Part shown: positions 36,626 to 37,746 of the stretch, one piece after another
Layout: each line of letters begins with the position of its first letter
Position numbering within the stretch: position 1 is the first letter of the stretch
From: Priapulus caudatus
Lineage: Eukaryota
Reading direction: 5' to 3'
Assembly (NCBI RefSeq): GCF_000485595.1
Contig: NW_014577071.1
Coordinates: forward strand, 509,213 to 546,958
DNA: 37,746 bases
Program-made: the position numbers and the translations under genes
Notes under the pieces: model-generated
What the model saw: only the letters and a program-made list of their open reading frames with translations
The model's database searches: none
What the model was told of the DNA's origin: nothing

Positions 36626-36669
36626 TAGAGAGAAGCAAAGAGAGAAAGAGATAAGAGAGAGGAGGAAAG

Positions 36670-36713
<44 letters not shown>

Positions 36714-36836
36714 ATAGAGAGAACGGAAGAGACAGATAGAGAGACGGCAGAGAGAGAGAGAGAAGAGAGATGAGAGAGAGATAGAGATACGGCAGAGAGG
36801 AGAAGAGAGAGAGAGAGAGAGAGAGCGAGAGGAGAA

Positions 36837-36867
<31 letters not shown>

Positions 36868-36872
36868 TTAGA

Positions 36873-36910
<38 letters not shown>

Positions 36911-37009
36911 AGAAGAGAGAGAGAGAGAGAGAAAACGGATAAGAAGAAAGAGAACGAGAAGGGCCCTAAGATGTGGATCTAAGATCCCATCTCAGCTATA
37001 CCACGAATG

Positions 37010-37185
37010 TCTATCTAATATATATTATGAGTTCGTATGTATGCAGTATCATATGTCCCCCCCTGTATGTATGTATCACTTCCCTATAAGGCGGTCACAC
37101 CGGCCCAAGAGGATCTGGATCAATTTCACAGGGCCATCTCTTATACCACCCGGGCGTGTTTCCTGTAGCTGAAAAAGAACCCTGT
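37010..37185 (+). mobile_element. Probable 5' end of second Helitron-like family (copy 2; downstream extent unknown)
   Basis: TCTATCTAATATATA followed by GTAT repeats; homologous to 31391-31550. Confidence 0.4.
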
Positions 37186-37746
37186 CAAAAAGCACGTCAA
37201 CTCCGCACGAAAAATCCGTGAAAAACCCCTACAATTCGCAATACTTCACACAATGTCAGCACAGCCTAATGACTATGATTATTCTTGCCCCACCTCATAG
37301 ATCTCATCAGCGCTCGAGCTGGCATAGTGAATAAACCGGAAACCGAAATCGAAACTAAAACAGAACATAACCACACGCGCCAGTTCAGAGGAAGCTACTA
37401 CACTCTCAGATCAAGCAGGTTTCGGTTCAGATGGCTAACGATCTGAGAAATGCATTTCGTACCATTCCAAAAGCTATGCCATTTTCTGATTCAATACAAA
37501 AAATCTTAATTTCCAAATGATGCATGGGTTGCACGCCAAGCATTCACGGTACACATATCCAGTGGAGCACAGACCCCCCACTCGCTGCCTGCTCTCTATC
37601 TATAACTATATATGCAAATTTCCTTTTATTCGGGCGTAGCGATCTCAACAATTGGATACGACTTGTAACGTGGGAGCTTAACAGTATCAGATAACGCCAA
37701 CGAACTCTCTACATATTTGCACGCGAGAGAAATAACACGAAAAACA

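Larger units (their letters stand above)
34365..37185 (+). repeat. Copy 2 of the ~2.8-kb direct duplication
   Basis: See copy 1; includes (CA)n at 35628-36292 and (GA)n at 36507-36960. Confidence 0.93.

Overview
Eukaryotic (invertebrate bilaterian-looking, inferred) genomic DNA, rich in microsatellites and transposon debris, with three N gaps. The only well-supported protein gene is a + strand GATA4/5/6-class transcription factor with six coding exons (2360-3284, 8742-8911, 14904-15032, 15325-15466, 15722-15802, 16067-16347; 1728 nt, about 575 aa, all splice phases compatible). The C-terminal zinc finger and basic tail are intact. The N-terminal finger exon is scrambled by many small indels that remove all four finger cysteines but leave length and reading frame open; unpolished long-read sequence is the likelier cause, a decayed finger the alternative. 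Other content: a Helentron-associated (HINE/DINE-like) element in intron 2, a non-autonomous Helitron carrying a tRNA-Arg(CCT)-like cassette inside a ~2.8 kb duplication that begins at the Helitron 3' end, several hairpin/foldback elements, and a CpG-rich candidate promoter near 24-25 kb. Most long ORFs in the supplied track are microsatellite artefacts. No database searches were run; family assignments rest on recalled motifs.
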